Source of the DNA: an uncultured delta proteobacterium | GTDB lineage: Bacteria; Desulfobacterota; Binatia; DP-6 | Assembly (NCBI GenBank): GCA_963815115.1 | Contig: CAWFFN010000005.1 | Span: 1,408,001 to 1,472,000 of the forward strand | DNA length: 64,000 bases | Direction of reading: 5' to 3' | Shown: positions 21,231-31,512 of the stretch, piece by piece | How positions within the stretch are numbered: the stretch's first letter is position 1 | Layout: each line of letters starts with the position of its first letter | Position numbers and translations under genes: made by a program | Notes under the pieces: model-generated | Told to the model about the DNA's origin: nothing | Databases searched by the model: none | The model's input: the letters and a program-made list of their open reading frames with translations, nothing else

Positions 21231-21737
21231 ATGCATCTGGACGAAGTGAGCGACCGACTCATCGTTGGAGGCGCTCCATTGGCGGAGGACCTTCCGCGGC
21301 TCGTGAGTGTCGGTGTGCGCAGCATCATCGACCTACGCGGAGACGGAGAGCCCCGCCCGCAAGGGCTGCCACCGTGGGAAGAAGCGGAGCTCGCCCGGCG
21401 CGCAGGCCTCGCCTATCGCCAGGAGCCGGTGGAGCCACCGTCGCTCAGTGACGGGCTCGGGCACGCGGTTCGCCGGCTGGTTGCCGAAGGCACGCCCCGC
21501 GTCCTGCTCCATTGCACGACCGGCCGGCGGGCCACCGTTTTTGGCCTCCTCGTGCTTGCGTGCGAGCATGCGCTCACGGTGGATGAGTGCTTGCAGCGAG
21601 GCCGTTCCCTCGGCCTCGAGTTCAACACGATGCCCCGCCTCACGACCTTCCTTCGCCAGTACGTCGAACGGCACGGACGATGGTATCAGAACGCGGCGCG
21701 GGCGCTCACCCGACCCCCGAGCGACTACCAGGTATGA
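21231..21737 (+). CDS. DUF442/PTP-like sulfurtransferase-phosphatase fold protein
   Basis: GVRSIIDLR..GE and the HCTTGRRA Cys loop. Confidence 0.7.
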   Translation: MHLDEVSDRLIVGGAPLAEDLPRLVSVGVRSIIDLRGDGEPRPQGLPPWEEAELARRAGLAYRQEPVEPPSLSDGLGHAVRRLVAEGTPRVLLHCTTGRRATVFGLLVLACEHALTVDECLQRGRSLGLEFNTMPRLTTFLRQYVERHGRWYQNAARALTRPPSDYQV

Positions 21738-21967
21738 TGGTGCCACCGTGTAGGCGAGTTTCAGGAGGCCAAGGCAGTTCTCCGCCATCCATGGCCCAAT
21801 CGAACGACGCCTCGACTCCGGGCTGAGTTCTCCGGTCACGATCTGAGAGTGCGCGGTCCGGTATGACGTCCCTCGGGGACGACGTGGTGGGTAGGGACGG
21901 GAGATGTCGGCAACCTGGACATCTTCAAGGTCCCGCCGATGCTACCTTCTTCTCCTTCCTCGTCCTC

Positions 21968-21997
21968 GACCGGCGGTTCGATTCCCCCCGCCTCCAC
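21968..21997 (+). other. tmRNA 3'-end fragment (att-site-like duplication)
   Basis: GACCGGCGGTTCGATTCCCCCCGCCTCCAC equals a T-arm plus CGCCTCCA acceptor strand; no tmRNA body upstream. Confidence 0.65.
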
Positions 21998-22068
21998 TGT
22001 CGCAATGAATTCGAACCGCCGTCCGGGTCATCCAGGAGCTCAAGGAACGCGGTAGAAGACGCGCCCGG

Positions 22069-23349
22069 TCAGCGCCGGCTACGGAAGTACCTCTTGTAGC
22101 CCTCGGCCAGGGCGAGCAGGTCGGGATCGGCGTCGAACTTCGGCTGGAACTTCCGCCACGCCGCTTCACGCTTGGCCGGGATGTACTCGCTCGGCCAGTA
22201 GCCCTCGTGGGGCCGGTAGCCCTTCAGGACGTTGCGCGCCACCGTGGCCTTGTGGACCTCGTCGACGCCGTCGGCAATCCCCATGGTGGGTGCCGCCGCG
22301 TACATCGCCTGGATCGGCGTGAGGTCGGTGGTGCCCAGCGAGCCGAGGATGTGCAGGGCGTTGTAGGATACCTCACGAAGCACCTTGGCCATCGTGTACT
22401 TCACGGCGGCGATGTCGGTTCGGGCCTCCCGGGTGCTGCTGTTGTCGATCTTCCAGGCCGTCTCGAGCACGAAGAGGCGTAGCATGCGGATGGCGGCGTA
22501 GGAGTCCGCGATCGTCTCCTGCACCATCTGGTGCTCCGCGATGGTCTTGCCGTGCGACTCGCGGCTGAGCGCCCGCTCGCACATCATGTCGAAGGCGAGC
22601 TTGCACTGCGCGATGGTGCGCATCGCGTGGTGGATGCGACCGCCGCCGAGCCGCCGCTGGGCGAGCACCTTGGCACCGTCCTGCGGACCGAGCAGGTGGT
22701 CGAGAGGCACCCGGACGTCCTTGTAGATGATGTGGTTGTGGGTGCGCGGCTCCGGCTGGATCTCGACACCCGGCGTCTCGCGGGGAACCACGAACATGCC
22801 GTTCGTGCACATGACGAAGAGGATGTCGGCGACCCGACCGCCGGAGGTGAACCACTTCTCGCCGTTGATGACCCACTGGTCGCCGTCGCGCACCGCATGG
22901 GTCCTGAACAGGTTCGGGTCCGAGCCGCCCTGCGGCTCGGTCATCGAGTACGCCGAGAAGATCTCCTGGTTCAGGAGCGGCTTGAGCCAGCGCTCCTTCT
23001 GCGCCTCGGTGCCGTAGGCGGCCAGCATCTCCATGTTCCCGGTGTCGGGCGCGGCGGCGCCGAACAAGGCCGGGGCGGAGCCGTAGCGACCGAGAATCTC
23101 GTTGAGGAGGCCGAGCTTGAGCTGGCCGTAGCCGGGACCGCCGAGCTCCCCGTCGAGGAAGATGGCCCAGAGGCCCTGGTCCTTGATCTGGTCCTGGAGG
23201 CCCTTCACGAGCGCCTTGATCTTCGGGTCCTTGGAGCGGACCGCATAGGGAAACACGTAGTCGAGCGGTTCCACCTCCTCGCGGCAGAAGTGCTCCACCC
23301 AGTCGAGCTTTTTCTGGAATTCGGGTTCGGTCGAGAAGTCCCAGGCCAC
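22069..23349 (-). CDS. Acyl-CoA dehydrogenase
   Basis: APDTGNME, YSMTEPQGGSDP, INGEKWF, RLGGGRIHH, IADGVDEVH; RBS AGGAGA before GTG. Confidence 0.92.
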   Translation of the reverse strand: MAWDFSTEPEFQKKLDWVEHFCREEVEPLDYVFPYAVRSKDPKIKALVKGLQDQIKDQGLWAIFLDGELGGPGYGQLKLGLLNEILGRYGSAPALFGAAAPDTGNMEMLAAYGTEAQKERWLKPLLNQEIFSAYSMTEPQGGSDPNLFRTHAVRDGDQWVINGEKWFTSGGRVADILFVMCTNGMFVVPRETPGVEIQPEPRTHNHIIYKDVRVPLDHLLGPQDGAKVLAQRRLGGGRIHHAMRTIAQCKLAFDMMCERALSRESHGKTIAEHQMVQETIADSYAAIRMLRLFVLETAWKIDNSSTREARTDIAAVKYTMAKVLREVSYNALHILGSLGTTDLTPIQAMYAAAPTMGIADGVDEVHKATVARNVLKGYRPHEGYWPSEYIPAKREAAWRKFQPKFDADPDLLALAEGYKRYFRSRR

Positions 23350-23622
23350 GGCGTCTCCTTTGTCTCTGGTGGGCCCGATCTTCGGGACCCACGGCCTCAC
23401 GCACTCGACCCGCATGGGCCAATCCGTCATTGCGTGTATTTCGAATTACCCTTCGCCCCTACCAGCCCGCTGCCCGGCGCGTCTACCAGCCTGCCGCCCT
23501 TCCGTAAGACGCAGGAAACGGGCATGAACAGCGTCGACGCGCGATACGACTCTTGCCGTTGCGGTGCGGGACGTCTTGTCGGTTCGCACGCAGTCGCTTC
23601 GACGTTTCGCGGGGAGGTCGCG

Positions 23623-24615
23623 ATGGGTCGGATCATCGTCATGCTCGTGGTGCTTGCCGGATGCGCGACGCGGGGAGGCCACGCGCCGAGCGCGCCGTCG
23701 CTGCCGGCGTCGGCGATCGTCGCGACCATTCCCGTCGGGACGCCACCCACGCTGCTCGCGATGAGCCCCGACGGCTCGCGGGTCTTCGCGGCGTCGAGCG
23801 GCCAGCTGTCGATCATCCGGGCGAGCGATGCGCAGGTTGCGGCAACCGTGCCGATCCCGCCGTACACGAGCGGCGTGGCTGTCACGCCCGACGGCGCGCG
23901 GGTGCTCATCAACAGCGTGTCGGGCGTGTCGCTCACCGTCGTCGATGCGGCCAGCGGCGTCGTGCGGCGGCCGATCCCGCTCATCATGGATATCCATCCT
24001 GGCGGCTTCGAGCGAATCGTCGTCTCGCCGGACGGCCGGCGGGCCTACGTGGCGAACCAGGTGAAGGAGTACCTGGCGATCGCCGACCTCCGCGGCGGAC
24101 CGGCGAACGAATCGCTGCTCGACCTGCGGCCGAGCGACGTGACGCTCACGCCAGATGGTCGAACCCTCTACGTCACCGGCTGCCGGGAGTTCTGCACGAC
24201 GGGAACGGTCGAGGCGCTCGACACGGCGACGATGTCGACCGTGCGGTCGTTTGCGGTCGGCCCCTCCCCATATCGTTTCGCGCTCTCGCCCGCGGGCACG
24301 CGCGCCTACACGACGAACCTCGCCGCGCCGAGTGTATCCATCGTCGACGTCGCGGCGGGGACCGTCGTCGGAACGATTCCGGTCGGCGTCGAGCCCTCGG
24401 GGCTCGCGGTGTCACCCGACGGGACGCGCGTCTATGTCGCGAGCCAGATGGCGCGTGCGCTCACCGTCATCGATGCGCAGCATGGCGCAGTAGTCGCGAC
24501 GATGGCGACGCCGACGCAGCCGCGCGAGGTCGTCGTCAGCCCCGATGGCCGGCGCCTGTACCTGTCGACGCAGACCGCGGTGCTCGTGCTCGATACGACG
24601 CGTCTGGGAGGGTGA
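23623..24615 (+). CDS. YVTN-type beta-propeller lipoprotein
   Basis: LAGC lipobox; seven [ST]PxG..xYV repeats. Confidence 0.85.
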   Translation: MGRIIVMLVVLAGCATRGGHAPSAPSLPASAIVATIPVGTPPTLLAMSPDGSRVFAASSGQLSIIRASDAQVAATVPIPPYTSGVAVTPDGARVLINSVSGVSLTVVDAASGVVRRPIPLIMDIHPGGFERIVVSPDGRRAYVANQVKEYLAIADLRGGPANESLLDLRPSDVTLTPDGRTLYVTGCREFCTTGTVEALDTATMSTVRSFAVGPSPYRFALSPAGTRAYTTNLAAPSVSIVDVAAGTVVGTIPVGVEPSGLAVSPDGTRVYVASQMARALTVIDAQHGAVVATMATPTQPREVVVSPDGRRLYLSTQTAVLVLDTTRLGG

Positions 24616-24710
24616 CATCCAGACCGGGAGACGACCGCGCAAGAACTCGATCCAGAAGACGGCCGAGCTTCCAGGTGTGGAGGGCCGCTCCGGGTCATCC
24701 CCCGTTCCGC

Positions 24711-26747
24711 CTATCCTGGCCGGCGGGCGGTACGGAAGGTGAGGAGGCCAAGCACCACGATCGCGATCAGGAGGACGATCCACACCGCACCTTGCTCGAG
24801 CCATCGACGGGAACCGCCGCCGGCGGCGAGCCGCGCCGCCTGGCTGAACACGGGATTCGGCTCCGCGGCGCCGGCGGTCGCGTCGATGGCAGGCACGGCG
24901 AGGATGACGTCACGGGCGCGCGCGACATCGTACCGGGGCGCGCCGGCGTCGGGATCGCCGAGAAGCAGCGTGTACGCCCCCGCGGGCGCGGCGACGAAGA
25001 GGGCCGGCACGGTGACGCGCGCCGCGGCGCCGCGGAGAGCCAGGGGTGCCTCGTCGCCGTCCTCGACCTCCAGCTCGAGCGCGTCGACACGCGCCGCGGG
25101 CAGCGGGATGACGATCGCCCGGGAATCCCGCGTGTCACGTGCCAGCGGATCGGACGCGAGCACGCGCTCGCTGCCGTCGCGATCGCGAGCGGCAATGCGG
25201 GCCGTCCGGTGGAAGAACGGCGTGCCGATGTCGAGGCGCAGCGCGTTGGCAGCGAGCGGCGTGCTGGCCGGAACGAGCCGCCAGCGCGTCCGGCCGTCGC
25301 GCGTCGTCGGCGCGCCGACGGCGAGCGTCACCCAGTCGTCCGCGGCGGCCGGCTCCAGGAGGTACGGCCACTGGCGGTTCTCGGCGTCGACGATCCGCAG
25401 GTCGCCGAGGTCGGGCCGCAGGCGCGGGCCGTCGTCCGGACCGAGTCGAACGCGCACCAGACCTTCGGGCGCGGAGGGGATGGGCAGCGGACGGCGCCAG
25501 GCGAACGTGCGCGCGTCGACCACGGCGCCCGGACGCATCGCGAAGGCGAGCGCCGGAGCGTCGTCGAAGGCGGGGTTGGGGCGAATCGGACCGAGACGTG
25601 CCTCGCCGACCTCGGCGGGATCGTAGAGCCGGCCCGCCACGCCGGCCCCGGGCCCGTCGTGCAGGAGGGCCGCGAGATCATACTGCGGCGCCGCGGCGCG
25701 TCCGCCGCCGAAGCGGAGCGTCCCCGCGGGCGCGTCGCCGTTCGGGGGCAGGGCGATGAGGAGCGACCGCTGTCGCAGCAGGGCGCTCAGGCGCACCCCG
25801 CCGAGCGGCGGGCTGTCACCGTCGACGATCTCGACCCGGAGGCGGGTACCGCGGGCCGGGGCGAGATCGACGTCGGTCTGGACGAGTGGCGTTCGCGTGC
25901 CGACGCGCAGGATGCGGCCACCACCGAGACGGACGTCGGGGCTACCCGGACGCACGTCCCAGACGGTCACGCGACGGTCGAACGACGGGGTGTCGGTGTC
26001 GATGCGCAGCACCTCCGGGACCAGACCCGCAGGACGCTCGACCGCCAGCACCGTGGTGCCCGGATTCGACGTCGCGGTCACTGGCGCGAGCCCCACGACC
26101 GACGGCTCGGCACCGGGCCCGAGCGTGCGCTGGCTCTCGAGCGTGAAGCGCGGCTCCAGGAAGTCGGCCTCGTCACCGGCGATGACGACCGTGATCGTGC
26201 CACGGACGCCGCCCGGCAGCGGCACGCGCGTGTGCTCGCTACCCGCGATGCGCACCAGCGGGGCATCCTCGACCAGCAGGCGCGGATGCTGGTCCTCTCC
26301 CGCACCCGACACCGTCACGCGCCGGGTGAACTCGGTGCGCGGCGTGGCGATCACGAGCTCCCAGGCGGTGGCGGGGGCGGAATCATCCGGCAGGGCGAGC
26401 TGGTACTCCTCGCGAACCCGCGGCGGCTCGTCGGCGCGCGTCTCGTGCCAGCGCCGCACGTCGGTCACGTGCGGCTCGACGGTGCGCGTCTCCGCCATGG
26501 CGACGCCGGCGGCGCGCCCGGTGTCGACCACATAAGGTGCTTCGTTCCCATCGCGATCGAACAGGCGCACGTCGGAGAGGTCTGCCCGGCACGCGGCGAG
26601 CACCGCGGGCGGCAGGGGCAGGCGCGCGAGGCGGGCGTCGGCGACGTAGACGTCAGCCTCCTCTGGGAACAGGCGGACCAGCGCGCTGGGGTCCCCGGCG
26701 CCCGCCCTCGTCGCCAGGAGCAGCAGGACGGCGAGCAGGCCCTTCAC
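24711..26747 (-). CDS. DUF3999-like exported protein with C-terminal TM anchor
   Basis: Signal peptide; two DLxDxRxxD..PY modules and PxYD motifs; overlaps the DUF2339 stop. Confidence 0.7.
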   Translation of the reverse strand: MKGLLAVLLLLATRAGAGDPSALVRLFPEEADVYVADARLARLPLPPAVLAACRADLSDVRLFDRDGNEAPYVVDTGRAAGVAMAETRTVEPHVTDVRRWHETRADEPPRVREEYQLALPDDSAPATAWELVIATPRTEFTRRVTVSGAGEDQHPRLLVEDAPLVRIAGSEHTRVPLPGGVRGTITVVIAGDEADFLEPRFTLESQRTLGPGAEPSVVGLAPVTATSNPGTTVLAVERPAGLVPEVLRIDTDTPSFDRRVTVWDVRPGSPDVRLGGGRILRVGTRTPLVQTDVDLAPARGTRLRVEIVDGDSPPLGGVRLSALLRQRSLLIALPPNGDAPAGTLRFGGGRAAAPQYDLAALLHDGPGAGVAGRLYDPAEVGEARLGPIRPNPAFDDAPALAFAMRPGAVVDARTFAWRRPLPIPSAPEGLVRVRLGPDDGPRLRPDLGDLRIVDAENRQWPYLLEPAAADDWVTLAVGAPTTRDGRTRWRLVPASTPLAANALRLDIGTPFFHRTARIAARDRDGSERVLASDPLARDTRDSRAIVIPLPAARVDALELEVEDGDEAPLALRGAAARVTVPALFVAAPAGAYTLLLGDPDAGAPRYDVARARDVILAVPAIDATAGAAEPNPVFSQAARLAAGGGSRRWLEQGAVWIVLLIAIVVLGLLTFRTARRPG

Positions 26748-29635
26748 GGCGCCTGATCCGGCGCCGGCTCGCGGCGCAGTACGAAGCGCTGGTACGCCAG
26801 CGAGACGAGGATCAGCGACACCGCCAGTCCGAGCAGCGATGCGACGCGGTAGAGGTCCTGGAGCTCGCCCAGGTCGTACAGGAACACCTTCGCGATGGTC
26901 ACCATCATGACGCCGAGGCTCACCCAGCGCAGGCCGACGCTGCGGCGTCGCACGCCGAGCGCGAGCAGGAGGAGCGCGTAGAGCGCCCACGCGATCGAGG
27001 TCACGAGGTCGCGCGCCGGCAGGCGCTCGAGGTCGAGGCGCAGGACATCGCCGGTCGCGAACCAGTCGGCGATGGTGAGGTTCAGCCACACGAACACGAC
27101 CGCCAGCCCGGCCAGCCCGGTCGCCTCGGCTGCGAGCGGCCGGTCGGCATAGATCTGTCGCTCGGACGGACGCAGGCGCGGCACCTCGAGCGGCTCGAGG
27201 ATGCGCGCCGCGCCGAACAGCGCCGCCGCTGGTACGAGGTACGAGTAGGTGATCCAGTTGAGCACGCGCCAGCCGGAGCGCGGCCAGTACGCCAGCACCT
27301 CCGGGTTCGCGACCAGGCGCACGGTGACTGCGGCGAGGAGCGCGAGGCCGAACCACTTGAGACCTGGATGGTCGAGCCGCTGCCACAGCATCATCACCGC
27401 GACGCCTTCGAGCGCCCAGCCGATGGTGAGCCAGGAACGATCCAGCTGGATCGGCACCGCCGCCGTGATGAAGCCGAGCGCCACCGCCAGCAGCCAGACG
27501 AGCGCGCTGAGGCGCACCGGATGGTCTTCGCTCCACAGCGCCCGCGCTCGCTGCGCGACGCCGACCATCACCACTGCCAGCAGGATCGGCACCAGGCCGA
27601 TGGCATGGCGGTCCCACAGGTGGTTCCAGGTGGCGAGCAGCGAGGGCATCCAGGGCGGCGCCGCGAGCGCGGCCGCTCGCCAGGCCCAGCGGTCGTCGCG
27701 CAGGCGCGACGGGACCAGCGTGGGCCACGCCGTGAAGACGACCACGCCGGCGAGCGTGAGCAGGAGCTGGCGCACGGTATCGTCGGCGGTCGTCGCCTGT
27801 ACCCCGGGGAGTACCAGCACCGTGGCGAACAGCCAGCGTCCGTCGCCGAGGCGCGTGGCCGCGAGCGCCGCGAGCAGGCCGAGCAGCAGGGTACCGCCGA
27901 GGCGCGGCAGCACGGCCGCGTGCGCGCCGAGCGCCCACACCAGCGGGCAGCTCGCGAGCGCGACCAGCGCCGCGGCGCGCAGGTGCCACCGCTGCCCGTC
28001 CTCGCCACGACGCAGGAGCGCGCTCACCTGGAAGCCCACCGCCACCGCGATCACGATCGCGAGCCAGGCGGCGGACGACGGCGCCGCCTCGTCGCCTGCG
28101 TGCGACAGATGGAGCACGAACATGCCGAGCGCGACACCGACCGCCCCCACGGGCTGGAGCGGCCCCGTGTCGGCGCGCGTGCCCTGGCGCAGCAGCATCG
28201 CCGCCAGCGCGAGCAACCCGAGCAGCATCGGCCACGGTTCGGGATTGACGGCCCTGAGGCCGACGAAGATCAGCAAGCCCATCTGGGCGAGCGCCGCCAG
28301 CGCGGCCGCCGGCGCGACGCCGCGCCAGCCCGCCGCCTCGTCCTCGCGGATGGAGGCAACGTGGAACGGCAGGGCGAGCGCCACCGCGACCAGGGCCAGC
28401 AGCCAGTCGGTGCCACGCAGGATCGGATGCTCTCCGATCCACACCACGAGGACACCGAGTGCGGCGGCCGCGGCGGCAAGCCCGATGCCCGGCACCGATT
28501 GCACGCGCGACAGCCACGCGGCTGCGGTCGAGAGCAGAATCAGAAGGACCCCGAGCGGCAGCAAGCCCGGCAGGTCGCCGCGCCCGGCGATCTGGAGCGC
28601 GAACGCGAACGGAAGCAGGACCCCGCCCGCCTGGGCAGCGAGCCACCGAGGATCGCGCGTGCGGCCGCGCGGGCTGCTCAGGACGAAGGTGAACGCGAAC
28701 GTCGCCAGCACGGCGAGGCCGAGCACGAGCTGGCCAGGGCCCATGCGGCTGCCGATCCACAGGCCCTGGTAGATCGTGGTGCCGGCGAGAGCGAGCACCC
28801 CCAACCATGGCCAGTTCTGCTGCCGCGCCAGGAGCAGGAGCCCGAGATCGAGCAGGAGAAGGTAGCCGAACAGTCCAATCGGGTTGTCGGCACCGCTCGA
28901 GGCGAACAGCGGCGTGAGGAAGCCGCCGACCAGGCCCAGGACCGCGATCACCTGCGAGCCGTGCCGGCGTGCCAGCACGGCGCCCGCGGCGGTCACCACG
29001 GCCAGCAGCGCGAAGGTGGGAAGGTTGCCGACCAGCTCGTAGCGTGGGCCCGCCGCCCAGAAGGAGACATAGAGGATGACGACGCCGGCGCCGGCGAGCG
29101 CGTCGGCGGTCCGGCCGTAGTCGCGCCGCAGGCCACGCTCGGCGGCCAGCACGCAGCCGAGACCGACGAGGGTGCCAATCACGACCCGTAGCCAGGGCGG
29201 GATCAGGCCATGCTCGATCGAGTAGCGGAAGAAGAACAGCCCGGCGAGCGCGAGTACGACACCGCCCAGCACCGCGGCGCCCCGCACGCCGATCCAGCGC
29301 TCCCAGTCGACTTGCCCGCGCGGGGGTGGCGGCGGGGGCGCGGGTGGCCGCACGGCGTCGAAGGGAGGCGCCACGTCCGAAGGCGCTGGTTCGGACGCGA
29401 CGTCCTCCGAGGACTCGGGAGTGCCGGTCGGCTCGGCCGGCTCCGCGAGGATCTCCGCGGGCGCGGGGGTCGTCGCCGGGACCGCGCCCGCTGCCCGGAG
29501 CACCGTCATCTGGGCCTCGAGCGCGTCGACCCGCTGGCGCAGGCGCTCGTGATCGTGGACGCGCCGCAGGGCCCACAAGGCGACCGCCAAGGCGATGAGG
29601 GGCAGGAACTCCACCCGGGCGGGATATCGACTCAT
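26744..29635 (-). CDS. DUF2339 predicted polytopic membrane protein
   Basis: DWERWIG, FFRYSIEHGLIPP, GGFLTP, KVFLYDL..L..LYRVASLLGL. Confidence 0.85.
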   Translation of the reverse strand: MSRYPARVEFLPLIALAVALWALRRVHDHERLRQRVDALEAQMTVLRAAGAVPATTPAPAEILAEPAEPTGTPESSEDVASEPAPSDVAPPFDAVRPPAPPPPPPRGQVDWERWIGVRGAAVLGGVVLALAGLFFFRYSIEHGLIPPWLRVVIGTLVGLGCVLAAERGLRRDYGRTADALAGAGVVILYVSFWAAGPRYELVGNLPTFALLAVVTAAGAVLARRHGSQVIAVLGLVGGFLTPLFASSGADNPIGLFGYLLLLDLGLLLLARQQNWPWLGVLALAGTTIYQGLWIGSRMGPGQLVLGLAVLATFAFTFVLSSPRGRTRDPRWLAAQAGGVLLPFAFALQIAGRGDLPGLLPLGVLLILLSTAAAWLSRVQSVPGIGLAAAAAALGVLVVWIGEHPILRGTDWLLALVAVALALPFHVASIREDEAAGWRGVAPAAALAALAQMGLLIFVGLRAVNPEPWPMLLGLLALAAMLLRQGTRADTGPLQPVGAVGVALGMFVLHLSHAGDEAAPSSAAWLAIVIAVAVGFQVSALLRRGEDGQRWHLRAAALVALASCPLVWALGAHAAVLPRLGGTLLLGLLAALAATRLGDGRWLFATVLVLPGVQATTADDTVRQLLLTLAGVVVFTAWPTLVPSRLRDDRWAWRAAALAAPPWMPSLLATWNHLWDRHAIGLVPILLAVVMVGVAQRARALWSEDHPVRLSALVWLLAVALGFITAAVPIQLDRSWLTIGWALEGVAVMMLWQRLDHPGLKWFGLALLAAVTVRLVANPEVLAYWPRSGWRVLNWITYSYLVPAAALFGAARILEPLEVPRLRPSERQIYADRPLAAEATGLAGLAVVFVWLNLTIADWFATGDVLRLDLERLPARDLVTSIAWALYALLLLALGVRRRSVGLRWVSLGVMMVTIAKVFLYDLGELQDLYRVASLLGLAVSLILVSLAYQRFVLRREPAPDQAP

Positions 29636-29767
29636 CCGGGTCCGCCTGCAAGCCGAATGCTTTCTCGCTGCGCGGAACGGAAGGGCTCCCGGTTTCCGGA
29701 TCGTGAGACGGTTGCGGAGCGCCAGCGGGAGATCGCGCTGGCCGGCGGGTTGCAGGTGAGACGCGAG

Positions 29768-30433
29768 GTGACGTGGCTGCTCGTGCCCTTCGTCGGCGGA
29801 CTCGCCGGGTCCCTGCACTGCGTCGGCATGTGTGGCGCGTTCCCGATGGCGATCCGGCGCGAGGATCGTCCCGTGCTCCGGCAGGTCCTCTACAATCTCG
29901 GCCGCCTGAGCACCCTGGCGCTGATCGGATCGGCGTCGGGCATGCTGGGCGCCGCCGTGATCGGCTACGCGCCGCTGCGGATCGGGGCGCGGGCGCTCGC
30001 CGTGATCGCGGGCGCGGTGATGGTCGTGGTGGGGCTCGAGATTCTCGGCTTCCTCGGGCGCGTGACGGCGGGCGGTGCGACGCTCGTGCAGGCCACCTTG
30101 ACCCGCGCGCTGGCAGGCGTCCTGCGCTCGCCGTCGCTCGCGGCGCCGCTCGCCCTGGGTGTGTTCAACGCCTTCCTGCCGTGCCAGCTGATCTACGCCT
30201 TCGCCGCGCAGGCCGCCGCGACCGGGTCGCCCGCGTCCGGCCTGCTCGTGATGGTCACGTTCGGTCTCGGGACGGTCCCGGCGATGTTCGTCCTGGGTCT
30301 CGCGGGGACGCTGGCGCGTCCACCGGTCCGGCTATGGCTCCAGCGCACCGCCGCGGTCCTGGTGGTGGCCGTCGGACTCGTGACGATGCTGCGCGGCACC
30401 GCGCTGCTGGAGACGCTGCACCTGCATCATTGA
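29768..30433 (+). CDS. DsbD_2/TauE-like membrane protein (cbb3-associated)
   Basis: GSLHCVGMCG, YNLGR, FLPCQLIY, FGLGTVP. Confidence 0.85.
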   Translation: MTWLLVPFVGGLAGSLHCVGMCGAFPMAIRREDRPVLRQVLYNLGRLSTLALIGSASGMLGAAVIGYAPLRIGARALAVIAGAVMVVVGLEILGFLGRVTAGGATLVQATLTRALAGVLRSPSLAAPLALGVFNAFLPCQLIYAFAAQAAATGSPASGLLVMVTFGLGTVPAMFVLGLAGTLARPPVRLWLQRTAAVLVVAVGLVTMLRGTALLETLHLHH

Positions 30434-30849
30434 GCCGCGAGCGCGACGAGCACCATCAGACCGGCCGTCAGCACCAGCTTCAGCAGCGCGAGCACCCCGC
30501 TGGCGACGAGCACCCGCGCGGCCTGGAGCCCTCCGTTCCGATGCAGGGCCCAGGCCACCGCCGGCGGGATCGCCGCGTAGCTCACCCCGAGACGCCAGAA
30601 GTGACCGTCGTGAAGGTGGCTCCAGACCGGCCCTCCCCACACGACGAAGAGGCCGAAGGAGAGGGCGAGGATGCCCAGGAACTGCCCGCGCGTGAGCCCG
30701 AGCGCGGTCCACGGGCCAGCGAGTGGAAGCGGGCCGAAGAGCGGCGGCATGCCGAGCCCTCGATGCAATCGGCTTGCCAGCGCCCGTTTCTCGCGCCTGC
30801 GAAACTGGGCTCCCGGTGCAGCCATGGGAATGACCCTAGGTGTTTTCAT
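30427..30849 (-). CDS. Small hypothetical membrane protein
   Basis: Three hydrophobic segments; start uncertain (30849 or about 30750). Confidence 0.5.
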   Translation of the reverse strand: MKTPRVIPMAAPGAQFRRREKRALASRLHRGLGMPPLFGPLPLAGPWTALGLTRGQFLGILALSFGLFVVWGGPVWSHLHDGHFWRLGVSYAAIPPAVAWALHRNGGLQAARVLVASGVLALLKLVLTAGLMVLVALAAQ

Positions 30850-30860
30850 AGTCACCGATC

Positions 30861-30875
30861 TGGTATGGGGCTTGC
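30861..30875 (+). promoter_or_regulatory. Putative sigma54 -24/-12 promoter of the oxidase operon
   Basis: TGGTATGGGGCTTGC (GG-N10-GC) just upstream of the first operon gene. Confidence 0.6.
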
Positions 30876-30887
30876 GTTGCAGGCCCC

Positions 30888-31512
30888 GTGGTGGCGGTGG
30901 TGAACGACCGCGAACAGATCCTCGCGCAGATCGAGGAGCATCGGACCGCGCTCGCAACGCTGGAAAGCCGGCTGCGCGCCGCCGAGCCGCCCGCCGCACC
31001 ATGGCCACCCCGGGGGTTCTACCTCACGTTCTACGTCGTGGCCGGCTTGCTGCTCGGGATCCTCGGCAGCCTCACCAGCTTCCTGTTCAACGTCTTCGGC
31101 TCGCTGCTCGTGAACCAGGATCCGCTGCACATCCTGCGCGTGTACGGCACGGTCTTCCTGGGCGCCAAGGCGCTCACCACCGACGATCTCAACTTCTTCA
31201 TGCTCGTGGCCGTGGTGCATTTCTCGCTCGGCGCGGTGGCGGGTGCGGTGTTCCACGTGCTGGTCAACCGCTTCGTTCCCGACCGGCCTGCCTTCCAGAT
31301 CGTTCTCGGCGGGCTCTACGGGCTCCTGATCTGGGTGGTCAACTTCTACTGCATCCTCGATCTGGCTGCAGCCGCGTCTGGTCGGCGAGCCCTACGTGCT
31401 GGAGCTCATGCCAGCCTGGATCGCCGCGCTCACCCACCTCGTCTACGGGCTGACCCTCGGTCTGCTGCAGCCCCTCGGACGATTCGTGCCGTACCGTCCG
31501 GCGGAGGTGTGA
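30888..31512 (+). CDS. Membrane protein, first gene of the oxidase operon (one frameshift near 31360)
   Basis: Four TM segments with His residues (VVHF, THLVYG); stop overlaps the next ATG. Confidence 0.6.

Noticed and set aside
21940-22000. Complete tRNA or tmRNA gene
   Set aside because: Only the T-arm and 3' acceptor strand are present; no 5' acceptor strand or CCA.
23553-26756. 1067-aa plus-strand ORF
   Set aside because: Off-frame or antisense to the YVTN and DUF3999-like genes; low-complexity translation.
26748-29651. N-terminal ~970 aa of the 1646-aa ORF
   Set aside because: Alternative frame over DUF2339; the real gene starts at GTG 26747 with a signal peptide.
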